From the human T2T-CHM13v2.0 reference genome, Homo sapiens, in NCBI GenBank assembly GCA_009914755.4, contig CP086569.2, positions 30,976,001 to 31,040,000 of the forward strand: a DNA stretch of 64,000 nt, in the 5' to 3' direction. A program made the translations under genes and the position numbers. Below are positions 19,376 through 41,111 of this stretch, piece by piece. The first letter of the stretch is position 1, and each line of letters starts with the position of its first letter. The notes below the pieces were generated by a model. The model did no database searches, was not told the DNA's origin, and worked only from the letters and a program-made list of their open reading frames with translations.

Positions 19376-21475
19376 AGATCCATATTTTGTAAATGAAAAA
19401 AAATTTCAAAGGTACTCTGCTTGGTACAATAATCAAATGTATAAACTGAGGAATAAAACATAACCATGAAACCTACTTATAACTGCATATGGAAAATACA
19501 GAGGATAATTTTTTAAATAACATATTTTGAAAGCCTTAACTAGTAATTTGAAGAGTTGGCATTTGAAAGGCCAGTATGAATATACCTTCAAAGCAGCAAC
19601 ACAGGTTCCCCATGAGAAAAAGCAAACTCAGGGAAAATAAAACCACAAAGGTTCAATCTCTTCTGACCTTTGAAAGACACAGCACAGACAGTGGTCCTTA
19701 GGACGAAGAGCAGGAGACCCCTAATTCCGTCACCATGGCGATAGGGCATAAACACTGCTGGGTGAGGGCACAATCCACATTGTGAGGTCCAACTGCTGCC
19801 AGGAAGACAGGAGTGCTTTTACATAGACCGAAAGGTCATTGAAGGCTCAGAGTTTTGTTTCAAGAACTGAATCCCAAGCCCACACGTTATTAGGCTGCGC
19901 TTCTTAAAACAAGTTATGAGATGGGAAAAAGGGCACCCACAAACATACGTATACATTATGTATATAATATTATACAGTATCATATATATAATATATATAA
20001 CCTATGTATAATATTGTTTTACATCCTGCATCTTATATTATATATATTGTATAAAATATAATTATTGATAATATATAAATTTTATATTTATACAATATGA
20101 CATATAGTATATATTATAATTTATGACATATATAATATATGTTATATATCATATATAGAATATATTATACGGTTAATATACGTATTAAATATAAATTATA
20201 CATTATATATATTATATATAATATTTCTGTTATATATAATACCCATTATGCATAATATATATATTATGTGTATGTTATATATAGTATAAAACAACATATA
20301 AGATATAATTGTATATATAAAATGCGACATATAATATATATTATATTTTATGACATATGTTATAAATATTATATATTATATATAATACGTTGTATGTATA
20401 ATACCTATATTAAATATATATTTTATGACTATGTTATTAATTAAATGTCACATATGTTATATATTATATATTTTACATAGAATATACCGGTTACATACAA
20501 TATATACTATGTTACCTATAATGTATAATATATTACATGTAAAATAAAGAATGCAATATATTATGTATAATTTATAATATACAATATGTGGAATGTGATA
20601 TATATAACATATAATATATGATATATGATATACAGTATATGATATATAACATACAATATATGATACCTAATATATATGGTATACAATATATATTTTATGA
20701 TATGTATTCTATATGTTTTATATTCTGTTATATATAACTATTTGAAATTATATATAACTGTATAATATTTTATGTAAATATGTAATATAATATATAACTA
20801 TGTAATATATTATATATAACTATATATTATGTTATATATACTTTTATAACATAATTTACATAAAATATCATAATATAATATATATTATATTATTTCATAT
20901 TACATAATATATATTACATATCACCCAATATAAGTAACATACATAATATTATAATATAGATTATATTATGTTATATTAAATATCATATATATCATGTATC
21001 ATATATTCTATAATATATATTATACATTATATAATATGTATGTTGTCTATTATGTGATATATATAACTATATATATAATTATATTATTATACATATAACT
21101 AGATAAACATGTAATTCTACATATTTTCATTTATAATATATAGAATTATATAATCATATATAGTTATTTATATTCTATAAAAAATTATAGCTTTATATAA
21201 ATTATAATATATAAAAATTATAATATGTACTACAAATATATATATTGTATATCATATATGATATAGTACCTTTGTTATATATGATAATACATATAAATGT
21301 GTATTATGTTATCTATAATTATATAATTTTATATATAAGATGTATAATATTTATTATATATTATATATGTTATGTAATATATATAGTATATATAAGATGA
21401 CACAGGATAAATATTATATACTATGACATATAAAATATATGAGGTTATATGTTACATATAAGGCATAGCACATAA

Positions 21476-21790
<315 letters not shown>

Positions 21791-23916
21791 AGATCCATAT
21801 TTTTTAAATGAAAAAAAAATTTCAAAGGTACTCTGCTTGGTACAATAATCAAATGTATAAACTGAGGAATAAAACATAACCATGAAACCTACTTATAACT
21901 GCATATGGAAAATACAGAGGATAATTTTTTAAATAACATATTTTGAAAGCCTTAACTAGTAATTTGAAGAGTTGGCATTTGAAAGGCCAGTATGAATATA
22001 CCTTCAAAGCAGCAACACAGGTTCCCCATGAGAAAAAGCAAACTCAGGGAAAATAAAACCACAAAGGTTCAATCTCTTCTGACCTTTGAAAGACACAGCA
22101 CAGACAGTGTTCCTTAGGACGAAGAGCAGGAGACCCCTAATTCCGTCACCATGGCGATAGGGCATAAACACTGCTGGGTGAGGGCACAATCCACATTGTG
22201 AGGTCCAACTGCTGCCAGGAAGACAGGAGTGCTTTTACATAGACCGAAAGGTCATTGAAGGCTCAGAGTTTTGTTTCAAGAACTGAATCCCAAGCCCACA
22301 CTTTATTAGGCTGCGCTTCTTAAAACAAGTTATGAGATGGGAAAAAGGGCACCCACAAACATACGTATACATTATGTATATAATAATATACAGTATCATA
22401 TATATAATATATATAACCTATGTATAATATTGTTTTACATCCTGCATCTTATATTATATATATTGTGTAAAATATAATAATTGATAATATATAAGTTTTA
22501 TATTTATACAATATGACATATAGTATATATTATAATTTATGACATATATAATATATGTTATATATCATATATAGAATATATTATACGGTTAATATACGTA
22601 TTAAATATAAATTATACATTATATATATTATATATAATATATCTGCTATATATAATACCCATTATGCATAATATATATATTATGTCTATGTTATGTATAG
22701 TATAAAACAACATATAATAATATATAATTGTATATATAAAATGCGACATATAATATATATTATATTTTATGACATCTGTAATATATATTATATATTATAC
22801 ATAATACGTTGTATGTATAATACCTATATTAAATATATATTATATGACTATGTTATTAATTACATGTCACATATGTTATATATTATATATTTTACATAGA
22901 ATATACCGGTTACATACAATATATACTATGTTACCTATAATGTATAATTTATTACATGCAAAATTAGGAATGCAATATATTATGTATAATTTATAATATA
23001 CAATATGTGGAATGTGATATATATAACATATAATATATGATATATGATATACAGTATATGATATATAACATACAATATATGATACCTAATATATATGGTA
23101 TACAATATATATTTATGATATGTATTCTATATGTTTTATATTCTGTTATATATAAATGTTTGAAATTATATATAAGTGTATAATATTTTATGTAAATATG
23201 TAATATAATATATATAACTATATAATATATTATATATAACTATATATTATGTTATATATACTTTTATAACATAATTTACATAAAATATCATAATATAATA
23301 TATACTATATTATTTCATATTACATAATATATATTACATATCAACCAATATAAGTAACATATATAATATTATAATATAGATTATATTATGTTATATTAAA
23401 TATCATATATATCATGTATCATATATTCTATAATATATATTACACATTATATAATATGTATGTTGTCTATTATGTGATATATATAACTATATATATAATT
23501 ATATTATTATACATATAACTAGATAAACATGTAATTCTACATATTTTCATTTCTAATATATAGAATTATATAATCATATATAATTATTTATATTCCATAA
23601 AAAATTATATCATTATAAATTATAATATATAAAAATTATAATATGTACTACAAATATATATATTATATATCATATATGATATAGTACCTTTGTTATATAT
23701 CATAATACATATAAATGTGTATTATGTTATCTATAATTATATAATTTCATATATAAGATGTATAATATGTGTTATATATTATATATGTTATGTAATATAT
23801 ATAGTATATATAAGCTGACACAGCATAAATATTATATACTATGACATATCAAATATATGAGGTTATATGTTACATATAAGGCATACCACATAACATGTAA
23901 TATATATCATCTATAA

Positions 23917-24208
23917 TTTTTTTTTAGACAGAGTCTTGTCCTGTTGCACAGGGTGGAGTACAATGGCGCCATCTTTGCTCACTGCAACATCTGCCCCACG
24001 GGTCCAAGTGATTGTCCTCCCTCAGCCTCCCAGGTAGCTGGGACTACACCACACTGGGACTACACCAGCTGCCACCATGCCTAGCTAATTTTTTGGATTT
24101 TTAGTAGTGACAGCGTTTCACTGTATTGGCCAGGATGGTCTTGATCTCTTCACCTTGTGATCCCCTTGCCTTGGCCTCCAAATTTGCTGGGATTACAGGC
24201 CTGAGCCA
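23917..24208 (-). mobile_element. Alu (AluS-like), antisense, unit 10 copy
   Basis: Near-identical copy with private changes ('ctgccccacgggtccaagtg'). Confidence 0.9.
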
Positions 24209-26313
24209 AGATCCATATTTTTTAAATGAAAAAAAATTTCAAAGTTACTCTGCTTGGTACAATAATCAAATGTATAAACTGAGGAATAAAACATAACCGT
24301 GAAACATACTTATAACTGCATATGGAAAATACAGAGGATAATTTTTTAAATAACATATTTTGAAAGCCTTAACTAGTAATTTGAAGAGTTGGCATTTGAA
24401 AGGCCCGTATGAATATACCTCCAAAGCAGCAACACAGGTTCCCCATGAGAAAAAACAGACTCAGGGAAAATAAAACCAAAAAGGTTCAATCTCTTCTGAC
24501 CTTTGAAAGACACAGCACAGACAGTGGTCCTTAGGACGAAGAGCAGGAGACCCCTAATTCCGTCACCATGGCGATAGGGCATAAACATTGCTGGGTGAGG
24601 GCACAATCCACATTGTGAGGTCCAACTGCTGCCAGGAAGACAGGAGTGCTTTTACATAGACCGAAAGGTCATTGAAGGCTCAGAGTTTTGTTTCAAGAAC
24701 TGAATCCCAAGCCCACACGTTATTAGGCTGCGCTTCTTAAAACAAGTTATGAGATGGGAAAAAGGGCACCCACAAACATACGTATACATTATGTATATAA
24801 TAATATACAGTATCATATATATAATATATATAACCTATGTATAATATTGTTTTACATCCTGCATCTTATATTATATATATTGTGTAAAATATAATAATTG
24901 ATAATATATAAGTTTTATATTTATACAATATGACATATAGTATATATTATAATTTATGACATATATTATGTATGTTATATATCATATATAGAATATATTA
25001 TACGGTTAATCTACGTATTAAATATGAATTATACATTATATATATTATATATAATATATCTGTTATACATAATACTCATTATGCATAATATATATATTAT
25101 GTCTATGTTATATATAGTATAAAACAACATATAATAATATGTAATTGTATATATAAAATGCGACATATAATATATATTATATTTTATAACATATGTAATA
25201 TATATTATATATTATATATAATACGTTGTATGTATAATACCTATATTAAATATATATTATATGACTATGTTATTAATTACATGTCACATGTGTTATATAT
25301 TATATATTTTACATAGAATATAGCGGTTACATACTATATATACTATGTTACCTATAATGTATAATTTATTACATGTAAAATAAAGAATTCAATATATTAT
25401 GTATAATTTATAATATACAATCTGTGGAATGTGATATATATAACATATAATATATGATATATGATATACAGTATATGATATATAACATACAATATATGAT
25501 TCCTAATATATATGGTATACAATATATATTTTATGATATGTATTCTATATGTTTTATATTCTGTTATATATAACTATTTGAAATTATATATAACTGTATA
25601 ATATTTTATGTAAATATGTAATATAATATATATAAAAATATAATATATTATATATAACTATATATTATGTTATATATACTTTTATAACATAATTTACATA
25701 AAATATCATAATATAATATATATTATATTATTTCATATTACATAATATATATTACATATCACCCAATATAAGTAACATACATAATATTATAATATGGATT
25801 ATATTATGTTATATTAAATATCATATATATCATGTATCATATATTCTATAATATATATTATACATTATATAATATGTATGTTGTCTATTATGTGATATAT
25901 ATAACTATATATATAATTATATTATTATACATATAACTAGATAAACATGTAATTCTACATATTTTCATTTATAATATACAGAATTATATAATCATATATA
26001 ATTATTTATATTCTATAAAAAATTATATCATTATATAAATTATAATATATAAAAATTATAATATGTACTACAAACAGATATATTATATATCATATATGAT
26101 ATAGTACCTTTGTTATATATCATATTACGTATAAATGTGTATTATGACATCTATAATTATATAATTTCATATATAAGATATATAATATGTATTATATATT
26201 TTATATGTTATGTAATATATAGTGTATATATAAGATGACACAGGATAAATATTATATACTATGACATATAAAATATATGAGGTTATATGTTACATATAAG
26301 GCATAGCACATAA

Positions 26314-26628
<315 letters not shown>

Positions 26629-28733
26629 AGATCCATATTTTTTAAATGAAAAAAAATTTCAAAGGTACTCTGCTTGGTACAATAATCAAATGTATAAACT
26701 GAGGAATAAAACATAACCATGAAACTTACTTATAACTGTATACGGAAAATACAGAGGATAATTTTTTAAATAACATATTTTGAAAGCCTTAACTAGTAAT
26801 TTGAAGAGTTGGCATTTGAAAGGCCAGTATGAATATACCTTCAAAGCAGCAACATAGGTTCCCCATGAGAAAAAGCAAACTCAGGGAAAATAAAACCACA
26901 AAGGTTCAATCTCTTCTGACCTTTGAAAGACACAGCACAGACAGTGGTCCTTAGGACGAAGAGCAGGAGACCCCTAATTCCGTCACCATGGCGATAGGGC
27001 ATAAACATTGCTGGGTGAGGGCACAATCCACATTGTGAGGTCCAACTGCTGCCAGGAAGACAGGAGTGCTTTTACATAGACCGAAAGGTCATTGAAGGCT
27101 CAGAGTTTTGTTTCAAGAACTGAATCCCAAGCCCACACGTTATTAGGCTGCGCTTCTTAAAACAAGTTATGAGATGGGAAAAAGGGCACCCAAAAACATA
27201 CGTATACATTACGTATATAATAATATACAGTATCATATATATAATATATATAACCTATGTATAATATTGTTTTACATCCTGCATCTTATGTTATATATAT
27301 TGTATAAAATATAATAATTGATAATATATAAGTTTTATATTTATACAATATGACATATAGTATATATTATAATTTATGACATATGTAATATATGTTATAT
27401 ATCATATATAGAATATATTATACGGTTAATATACGTATTAAATATAAATTATACATTATATATATTATATATAATATATCTGTTATCTATAATACCCATT
27501 ATGCATAATATATATATTATGTCTATTTTATATATAGTATAAAACAACACATAATAATATATAATTGTATATATAAAATGCGACATATAATGTATATTAC
27601 ATTTTATGACATATGTAATATATATTTTATATTTTATATAATACGTTGTATGTATAATACCTATATTAAATATATATTATATGACTATGTTATTAATTAC
27701 ATGTCACATATGTTATATATTATATATATTACATAGAATATACCGGTTACATACAATATATACTATGTTACCTATAATGTATAATTTATTACATGTAAAA
27801 TAAAGAATGCAATATATTATGTATAATTTATAATATACAATATGTGGAATGTGATATATATAACATATAATATATGATATAGGATATACAGTATATGATA
27901 TATAACATACAATATATGATACCTAATATATATGGTATACAATATATATTTTATGATACGTATTCTATATGTTTTATATTCTGTTATATATAACTATTTG
28001 AAATTATATATAACTCTATAATATTTTATGTAAATATGTAATATAATATATATAACTATATAATATATTATATATAACTATATATTATGTTATATATACT
28101 TTTATAACATAATTTACATAAAATATCATAATATAATATATATTATATTATTTCATATTACATAATATATATTACATATCACCCAATATAAGTAACATAC
28201 ATAATATTATAATATAGATTATAATATGTTATATTAAATATCACATATATCATGTATCATGTATTATATAATACATATTATACATTATATAATATGTATG
28301 TTGTCTATTATGTGATATATATAACTATATATATAATTATATTATTATACATATATCTAGATAAACATGTAATTCTACATATTTTCATTTATAATATATA
28401 GAATTATATAATCGTATATAATTATTTATATTCTATGAAAAATTATATCATTATATAAATTATAATATATATAAATTATAATATGTACTACAAATATATA
28501 TATTATATATCATATATGATATAGTACCTTTGTTATATATCATAATACATATAAATGTGTATTATGTTATCTATAATTATATAATTTCATTTATAAGATG
28601 TATAATATGTATTATATATTATATACGTTATGTAATATATATAGTATATTTAACCTGACACAGGATAAATATTATATACTATGACATATAAAATATATGA
28701 GGTTATATGTTACATATAAGGTATAGCACATAA

Positions 28734-29049
<316 letters not shown>

Positions 29050-31154
29050 AGATCCATATTTTTTAAATGAAAAAAAATTTCAAAGTTACTCTGCTTGGTA
29101 CAATAATCAAATGTATAAACTGAGGAATAAAACATAACCATGAAACCTACTTATAACAGCATATGGAAAATACAGAGGATAATTTTTTAAATAACATATT
29201 TTGAAAGCCTTAACTAGTAATTTGAAGAGTTGGCATTTGAAAGGCCAGTATGAATATACCTTCAAAGCAGCAACACAGGTTCCCCATGAGAAAAAGCAAA
29301 CTCAGGGAAAATAAAACCACAAAGGTTCAATCTCTTCTGACCTTTGAAAGACACAGCACAGACAGTGGTCCTTAGGACGAAGAGCAGGAGACCCTTAATT
29401 CCGTCACCATGGCGATAGGACATAAACATTGCTGGGTGAGGGCACAATCCACATTGTGAGGTCCAACTGCTGCCAGGAAGACAGGAGTGCTTTTACATAG
29501 ACCGAAAGGTCATTGAAGGCTCAGAGTTTTGTTTCAAGCACTGAATCCCAAGCCCACACGTTATTAGGCTGCGCTTCTTAAAACAAGTTATGAGATGGGA
29601 AAAAGGGCACCCACAAACATACGTATACATTATGTATATAATAATATACAGTATCATATATATAATATATATAACCTATGTATAATATTGTTTTACATCC
29701 TGCATCTTCTGTTATATATATTGTATAAAATATAGTAATTGATAATATATAAGTTTTATATATATACAATATGACATATAGTATATATTATAATTTATGA
29801 CATATAAAATATATGTTATGTATCATATATAGAATATATTATACGGTTAATATACGTATTAAATATAAATTATACATTATATATATTATATATAATATAT
29901 CTGTTATATATAATACCCATTATGCATAATATATATATTATGTCTATGTTATATATAGTATAAAACAACACATAATAATATATAATTGTATATATAAAAT
30001 GCGACATATAATATATATTATATTTTATGACATATGTAATATATATTATATATTATATATAATACGTTGTAGGTATAATTCCTATATTAAATATATATTA
30101 TAGGACTATGTTATTAATTACATGTCACATATGTTATATATTATATATTTTACATAGAATATACCGGTTACATACAATATATACTATGTTACCTATAATG
30201 TATAATTTATTACATGTAAAATAAAGATTGCAATATATTATGTATAATTTATAGTATACAATATGTGGATTGTGATATATATAACATATAATATATGATA
30301 TATGATATACAGTATATGATATATAACATACAATATATGATTCCTAATATATATGGTATACAATATATATTTTATGATATGTATTCTGTATGTTTTATAT
30401 TCTGTTATATATAACTATTTGAAATTATATATAACTGTATAATATTTTATGTAAATATGTAATATAATATATATAACTATATAATATATTATATATAACT
30501 ATATATTATGTTATATATAGTTTTATAACATAATTTACATAAAATATCATAATATAATATATATTATATTATTTCATATTACATAATATATATTACATAT
30601 CACCCAATATAAGTAACATACATAATATTATAATATAGATTATATTATGTTACATTAAATATCATATATATCATGTATCATATATTCTATTATATATATT
30701 ACACATTATATAATATGTATGTTGTCTATTATGTGATATATAGAACTATATATATAATTATATTATTATACATATAACTACATAAACATGTAATTCTACA
30801 TATTTTCATTTATAATATATAGAATTATATAATCATATATAATTATTTATATTCTATAAAAAATTATATCATTATATAAATTATAATATATAAAAATTAT
30901 AATATGTACTACAAATATATATCTTATATATCATATATGATATAGTACCTTTGTTATATATCATAATACATATAAATGTGTATTATGTTTTCTATAATTA
31001 TATAAATTCATATATAAGATGTATAATATGTATCATATATTATATATATTATGTAATATATATAGTATATATAAGCTGACACAGGATAAATATTATATAC
31101 TATGACATATAAAATATATGAGGTTATATGTTACATATAAGGCATAGCACATAA

Positions 31155-33863
<2,709 letters not shown>

Positions 33864-35987
33864 AGATCCATATTTTTTAAATGAAAAAAAATTTCAAAGG
33901 TACTCTGCTTGGTACAATAATCAAATGTATAAACTGAGGAATAAAACATAACCATGAAACCTACTTATAACTGCATATGGAAAATACAGAGGATAATTTT
34001 TTAAATAACATATTTTGAAAGCCTTAACTAGTAATTTGAAGAGTTGGCATTTGAAAGGCCAGTATGAATATACCTTCAAAGCAGCAACACAGGTTCCCCA
34101 TGAGAAAAAGCAAACTCAGGGAAAATAAAACCACAAAGGTTCCATCTCTTCTGACCTTTGTAAGACACAGCACAGACAGTGGTCCTTAGGACGAAGAGCA
34201 GGAGACCCCTAATTCCGTCACCATGGCGATAGGGCATAAACATTGCTGGGTGAGGGCACAATCCACATTGTGAGGTCCAACTGCTGCCAGGAAGACAGGA
34301 GTGCTTTTACATAGACCGAAAGGTCATTGAAGGCTCAGAGTTTTGTTTCAAGAACTGAATGCCAAGCCCACACGTTATTAGGCTGCGCTTCTTAAAACAA
34401 GTTATGAGATGGGAAAAAGGGCACCTACAAACATACGTATACATTATGTATATAATAATATACAGTATCATATATATAATATGTATAACCCATGTATAAT
34501 ATTGTTTTACATCCTGCATCTTATATTATATATATTGTATAAAATATAATAATTGATAATATATAAATTTTATATTTCTACAATATGACATATAGTATAT
34601 ATTATAATTTATGAGATATATAATATATGTTATATATCATATATAGAATATATTATACGGTTAATATACGTATTAAATATAAATTATACATTATATATAT
34701 TATATATAATATATCTGCTATATATAATACCCATTATGCATAATATATATATTATGTCTATGTTATATATAGTATAAAACAACATATAATAATATATAAT
34801 TGTATATATAAAATGCGACATATAATATATATTATATTTTATGACATATGTAATATATATTATATATTATATATAATACGTTGTATGTATAATACCTATA
34901 TTAAATATAAATTATATGACTATGTTATTAATTACATGTCACATATGTTATATATTATATAGTTTACATAGAATATACCGGTTACATACAATATATACTA
35001 TGTTACCTATAATGTATAATTTATTACATGTAAAATAAAGAATGCAATATATTATGTATAATTTATAATATACAATATGTGGAATGTGATATATATAACA
35101 TATAATATATGATATATGATATACAGTATATGATATATAACATACAATATATGATACCTAATATATATGGTATACAATATATATTTTATGATATGTATTC
35201 TCTATGTTTTATATTCTGTTATATATAACTATTTGAAATTATATATAACTGTATAATATTTTATGTAAATATGTAATATAATATATAACTATATAATATA
35301 TTATATATAACTATATATTATGTTATATATACTTTTGTAACATAATTTACATAAAATATCATAATATAATATATATTATATTATTTCATATTACATAATA
35401 TATATTACATATCACCCAATATAAGTAACATACATAATATGTTAATATAGATTATATTATGTTATATTAAATATGATATATATCATGTATCATATATTCT
35501 ATAATATATATGATACATTATATAATATGTATGTTGTCTATTATGTGATATATATAACTATATACAATTATATTATTATACATATTACTAGATAAACATG
35601 TAAATCTACATATTTTCATTTATAATATATAGAATTATATAATCATATATAATTATTTATATTGTATAAAAAATTATATCATTATATAAATTATAATATA
35701 TAAAAATTATAATATGTACTACAAATATATATATTATATATCATATATGATATAGTACCTTTGTTATATATCATAATACAAATAAATGTGTATTATGTTA
35801 TCTATAGATATATAATTTCATATATAAGATGTATAATATGTATTATATATTATATATGTTATGTAATATATATAGTATATATAAGATGACACAGGATAAA
35901 TATTATATACTATGACATATAAAATATATGAGGTTATATGTTACATATAAGGCATAGCACATAACATGTAATATATATCATATATAA

Positions 35988-36279
<292 letters not shown>

Positions 36280-38407
36280 AGATCCATATATTTTAAATGA
36301 AAAAAAATTTCAAAGGTACTCTGCTTGGTACAATAATCAAATGTATAAACTGAGGAATAAAACATAACCATGAAACCTACTTATAAGTGCATATGGAAAA
36401 TACAGAGGATAATTTTTTAAATAACATATTTTGAAAGCCTTAACTAGTAATTTGAAGAGTTGGCATTTGAAAGGCCAGTATGAATATACCTTCAAAGCAG
36501 CAACACAGGTTCCCCATGAGAAAAAGCAAACTCAGGGAAAATAAAACCACAAAGGTTCAATCTCTTCTGACCTTTGAAAGACACAGCACAGACAGTGGTC
36601 CTTAGGACGAAGAGCAGTAGACCCCTAATTCCGTCACCATGGCGATAGGGCATAAACACTGCTGGGTGAGGGCACAATCCACATTGTGAGGTCCAACTGC
36701 TGCCAGGAAGACAGGAGTGCTTTTACATAGACCGAAAGGTCATTGAAGGCTCAGAGTTTTGTTTCAAGAACTGAATCCCAAGCCCACACGTTATTAGGCT
36801 GCGCTTCTTAAAACAAGTTATGAGATGGGAAAAAGGGCACCCACAAACATACGTATACATTATGTATATAATAATATACAGTATCATATATATAATATAT
36901 ATAACCTATGTATAATATTGTTTTACATCCTGCATCTTATATTATGTATATTGTATAAAATATAATTATTGATAATATATAAATTTTATATTTATACAAT
37001 ATGACATATAGTATATATTATAATTTATGACATATATAATATATGTTATATATCATATATAGAATATATTATACGGTTAATATACGTATTAAATATAAAT
37101 TATACATTATATATATTATATATAATATTTCTGTTATATATAATACCCATTATGCATAATATATGTATTATGTGTATGTTATATATAGTATAAAACAACA
37201 TATAATAATATATAATTGTATATATAAAATGCGACATATAATATATATTATATTTTATGACATATGTTATAAATATTATATATTATATATAATACGTTGT
37301 ATGTATAATACCTATATTAAATATATATTATATGACTATGTTATTAATTACATGTCACATATGTTATATATTATATATTTTACATAGAATATACCGGTTA
37401 CATACAATATATACTATGTTACCTATAATGTATAATTTATTACATGTAAAATAAAGAATGCAATATATTATGTGTAATTTATAATATACAATATGTGGAA
37501 TGTGATATATATAACATATAATATATGATATATGATATACAGTATATGATATATAACATACAATATATGATACCTAATATATATGGTATACAATATATAT
37601 TTTATGATATGTATTCTATATGTTTTATATTCTGTTATATATAACTATTTGAAATTATATATAACTGTATAATATTTTATGTAAATATGTAATATAATAT
37701 ATATAACTATATAATATATTATATATAACTATATATTATGTTATATATACTTTTATATCTTAATTTACATAAAATATCATAGTATAATATATATTATATT
37801 ACTTCATATTACATAATATATATTACATATCACCCAATATAAGTAACATACATAATATTATAATATACATTATATTATGTTATATTAAATATCATATATA
37901 TCATGTATCATATATTCTATAATATATATTATACATTATATAATATGCATGTTGTCTATTATGTGATATATATAACTATATATATAATTATATTATTATA
38001 CATATATCTAGATAAACATGTAATTCTACATATTTTCATTTATAATATATAGAATTACATAATCATATATAATTATTTATATTCTATAAAAAATTATATC
38101 ATTATATAAATTATAATATATAAAAATTATAATATGTACTATAAATATATATATTATATATCATATATGATATAGTACCTTTGTTATATATCATAATACA
38201 TATAAATGTGTATTATGTTATCTATAATTATATAATTTCATATATAAGATGTATAATATTTATTATATATTATATATGTTATGTAATATATATAGTATAT
38301 ATAAGATGACACCGGATAAATATTATATACTATGACATATAAAATATATGAGGTTATATGTTACATATAAGGCATAGCACATAACATGTAATATATATCA
38401 TCTATAA

Positions 38408-38699
38408 TTTTTTTTTAGACAGAGTCTTGTCCTGTTGCACAGGGTGGAGTACAATGGCGCCATCTTTGCTCCCTGCAACATCTGCCTCACGGGTCCAAGC
38501 GATTGTCCTCCCTCAGCCTCCCAGGTAGCTGGGACTACACCACACTGGGACTACACCAGCTGCCACCATGCCTAGCTAATTTTTTGGATTTTTAGTAGTG
38601 ACAGCGTTTCACTGTATTGGCCAGGATGGTCTTGATCTCTTCACCTTGTGATCCCCTTGCCTTGGCCTCCAAATTTGCTGGGATTACAGGCCTGAGCCA
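38408..38699 (-). mobile_element. Alu (AluS-like), antisense, unit 16 copy
   Basis: Near-identical copy at the unit period. Confidence 0.9.
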
Positions 38700-40796
38700 A
38701 GATCCATATTTTTTAAATGAAAAAAAATTTCAAAGGTACTCTGCTTGGTACAATAATCAAATGTATAAACTGAGGAATAAAACATAACCATGAAACCTAC
38801 TTATAACTGCATATGGAAAATACAGAGGATAATTTTTTAAATAACATATTTTGAAAGCCTTAACTAGTAATTTGAAGAGTTGGCATTTGAAAGGCCAGTA
38901 TGAATATACCTTCAAAGCAGCAACACAGGTTCCCCATGAGAAAAAGCAAACTCAGGGAAAATAAAACCACAAAGGTTCAATCTCTTCTGACCTTTGAAAG
39001 ACACAGCACAGACAGTGGACCTTAGGACGAAGAGCAGGAGACCCCTAATTCCGTCACCATGGCGATAGGGCATAAACATTGCTGGGTGAGTGCACAATCC
39101 ACATTGTGAGGTCCAACTGCTGCCAGGAAGACAGGAGTGCTTTTACATAGACCGAAAGGTCATTGAAGGCTCAGAGTTTTGTTTCAAGAACTGAATCCCA
39201 AGCCCACACGTTATTAGGCTGCGCTTCTTAAAACAAGTTATGAGATGGGAAAAAGGGCACCCACAAACATACGTATACATTATGTATATAATAATATACA
39301 GTATCATATATATAATATATATAACCTATGTATAATATTGTTTTACATCCTGCATCTAATATTATATATATTGTATAAAATATAATTATTGATAATATAT
39401 AAATTTTATATTTATACAATATGACATATAGTATATATTATAATTTATGACATATATAATATATGTTATATATCATATATAGAATATATTATACGGTTAA
39501 TATACGTATTAAATATAAATTATACATTATATATATTATATATATTTCTGTTATATATAATACCCATTATGCATAATATATATATTATGTGTATGTTATA
39601 TATAGTATAAAACAACATATAATAATATATAATTGTATATATAAAATGCGACATATAATATATATATTTTATGACATATGTTATAAATATTATATATTAT
39701 ATATAATACGTTGTATGTATAATACATATATTAAATATATATTATATGACTATGTTATTAATTACATGTCACATATGTTATATATTATATATTTTACATA
39801 GAATATACCGGTTACATACAATATATACTATGTTACCTATAATGTATAATATATTACATGTAAAATAAACAATGCAATATATTATGTATAATTTATAATA
39901 TACAATATGTGGAATGTGATATATATAACATATAATATATGATATATGATATACAGTATATGATATATAACATGCAATATATGATACCTAATATATATGG
40001 TATACAATATATATTTTATGATATGTATTCTATATGTTTTATATTCTGTTATATGTAAATATTTGAAATTATATATAACTGTATAATATTTTATGTAAAT
40101 ATGTAATATAATATATAACTATGTAATATATTATATATAACTATATATTATGTTATATATACTTTTATAACATAATTTACATAAAATATCATAATATAAT
40201 ATATATTATATTATTTCATATTACATAATATATATTACATATCACCCAATATAAGTACAATACATAATATTATAATATAGATTATATTATGTTATATTAA
40301 ATATCATATATATCATGTATCATATATTCTATAATATATATTATACATTATATACTATGTATGTTGTCTATTATGTGATATATATAACTATATATATAAT
40401 TATATTATTATACATATAACTAGATAAACATGTAATTCTACATATTTTCATTTATAATATATAGAATTATATAATCATATATAATTATTTATATTCTATA
40501 AAAAATTATAGCTTTATATAAATTATAATATATAAAAATTATAATATGTACTACAAATATATATATTGTATATCATATATGATATAGTACCTTTGTTATA
40601 TATCATAATACATATAAATGTGTATTATGTTATCTATAATTATATAATTTCATATATAAGATGTATAATATTTATTATATATTATATATGTTATGTAATA
40701 TATATAGTATATATAAGATGACACAGGATAAATATTATATACTATGACATATAAAATATATGAGGTTATATGTTACATATAAGGCATAGCACATAA

Positions 40797-41111
<315 letters not shown>

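Noticed and set aside
29578-29769. 63-aa minus-strand ORFs at 29578-29769 and 39228-39419, and other one-off ORFs in the A+T block (9134-9331, 32159-32427, 34307-34519)
   Set aside because: They span the junction into the TA-rich block or sit within it. Their Tyr/Ile-rich composition and their presence in only one or two units indicate chance ORFs created by unit-specific substitutions.
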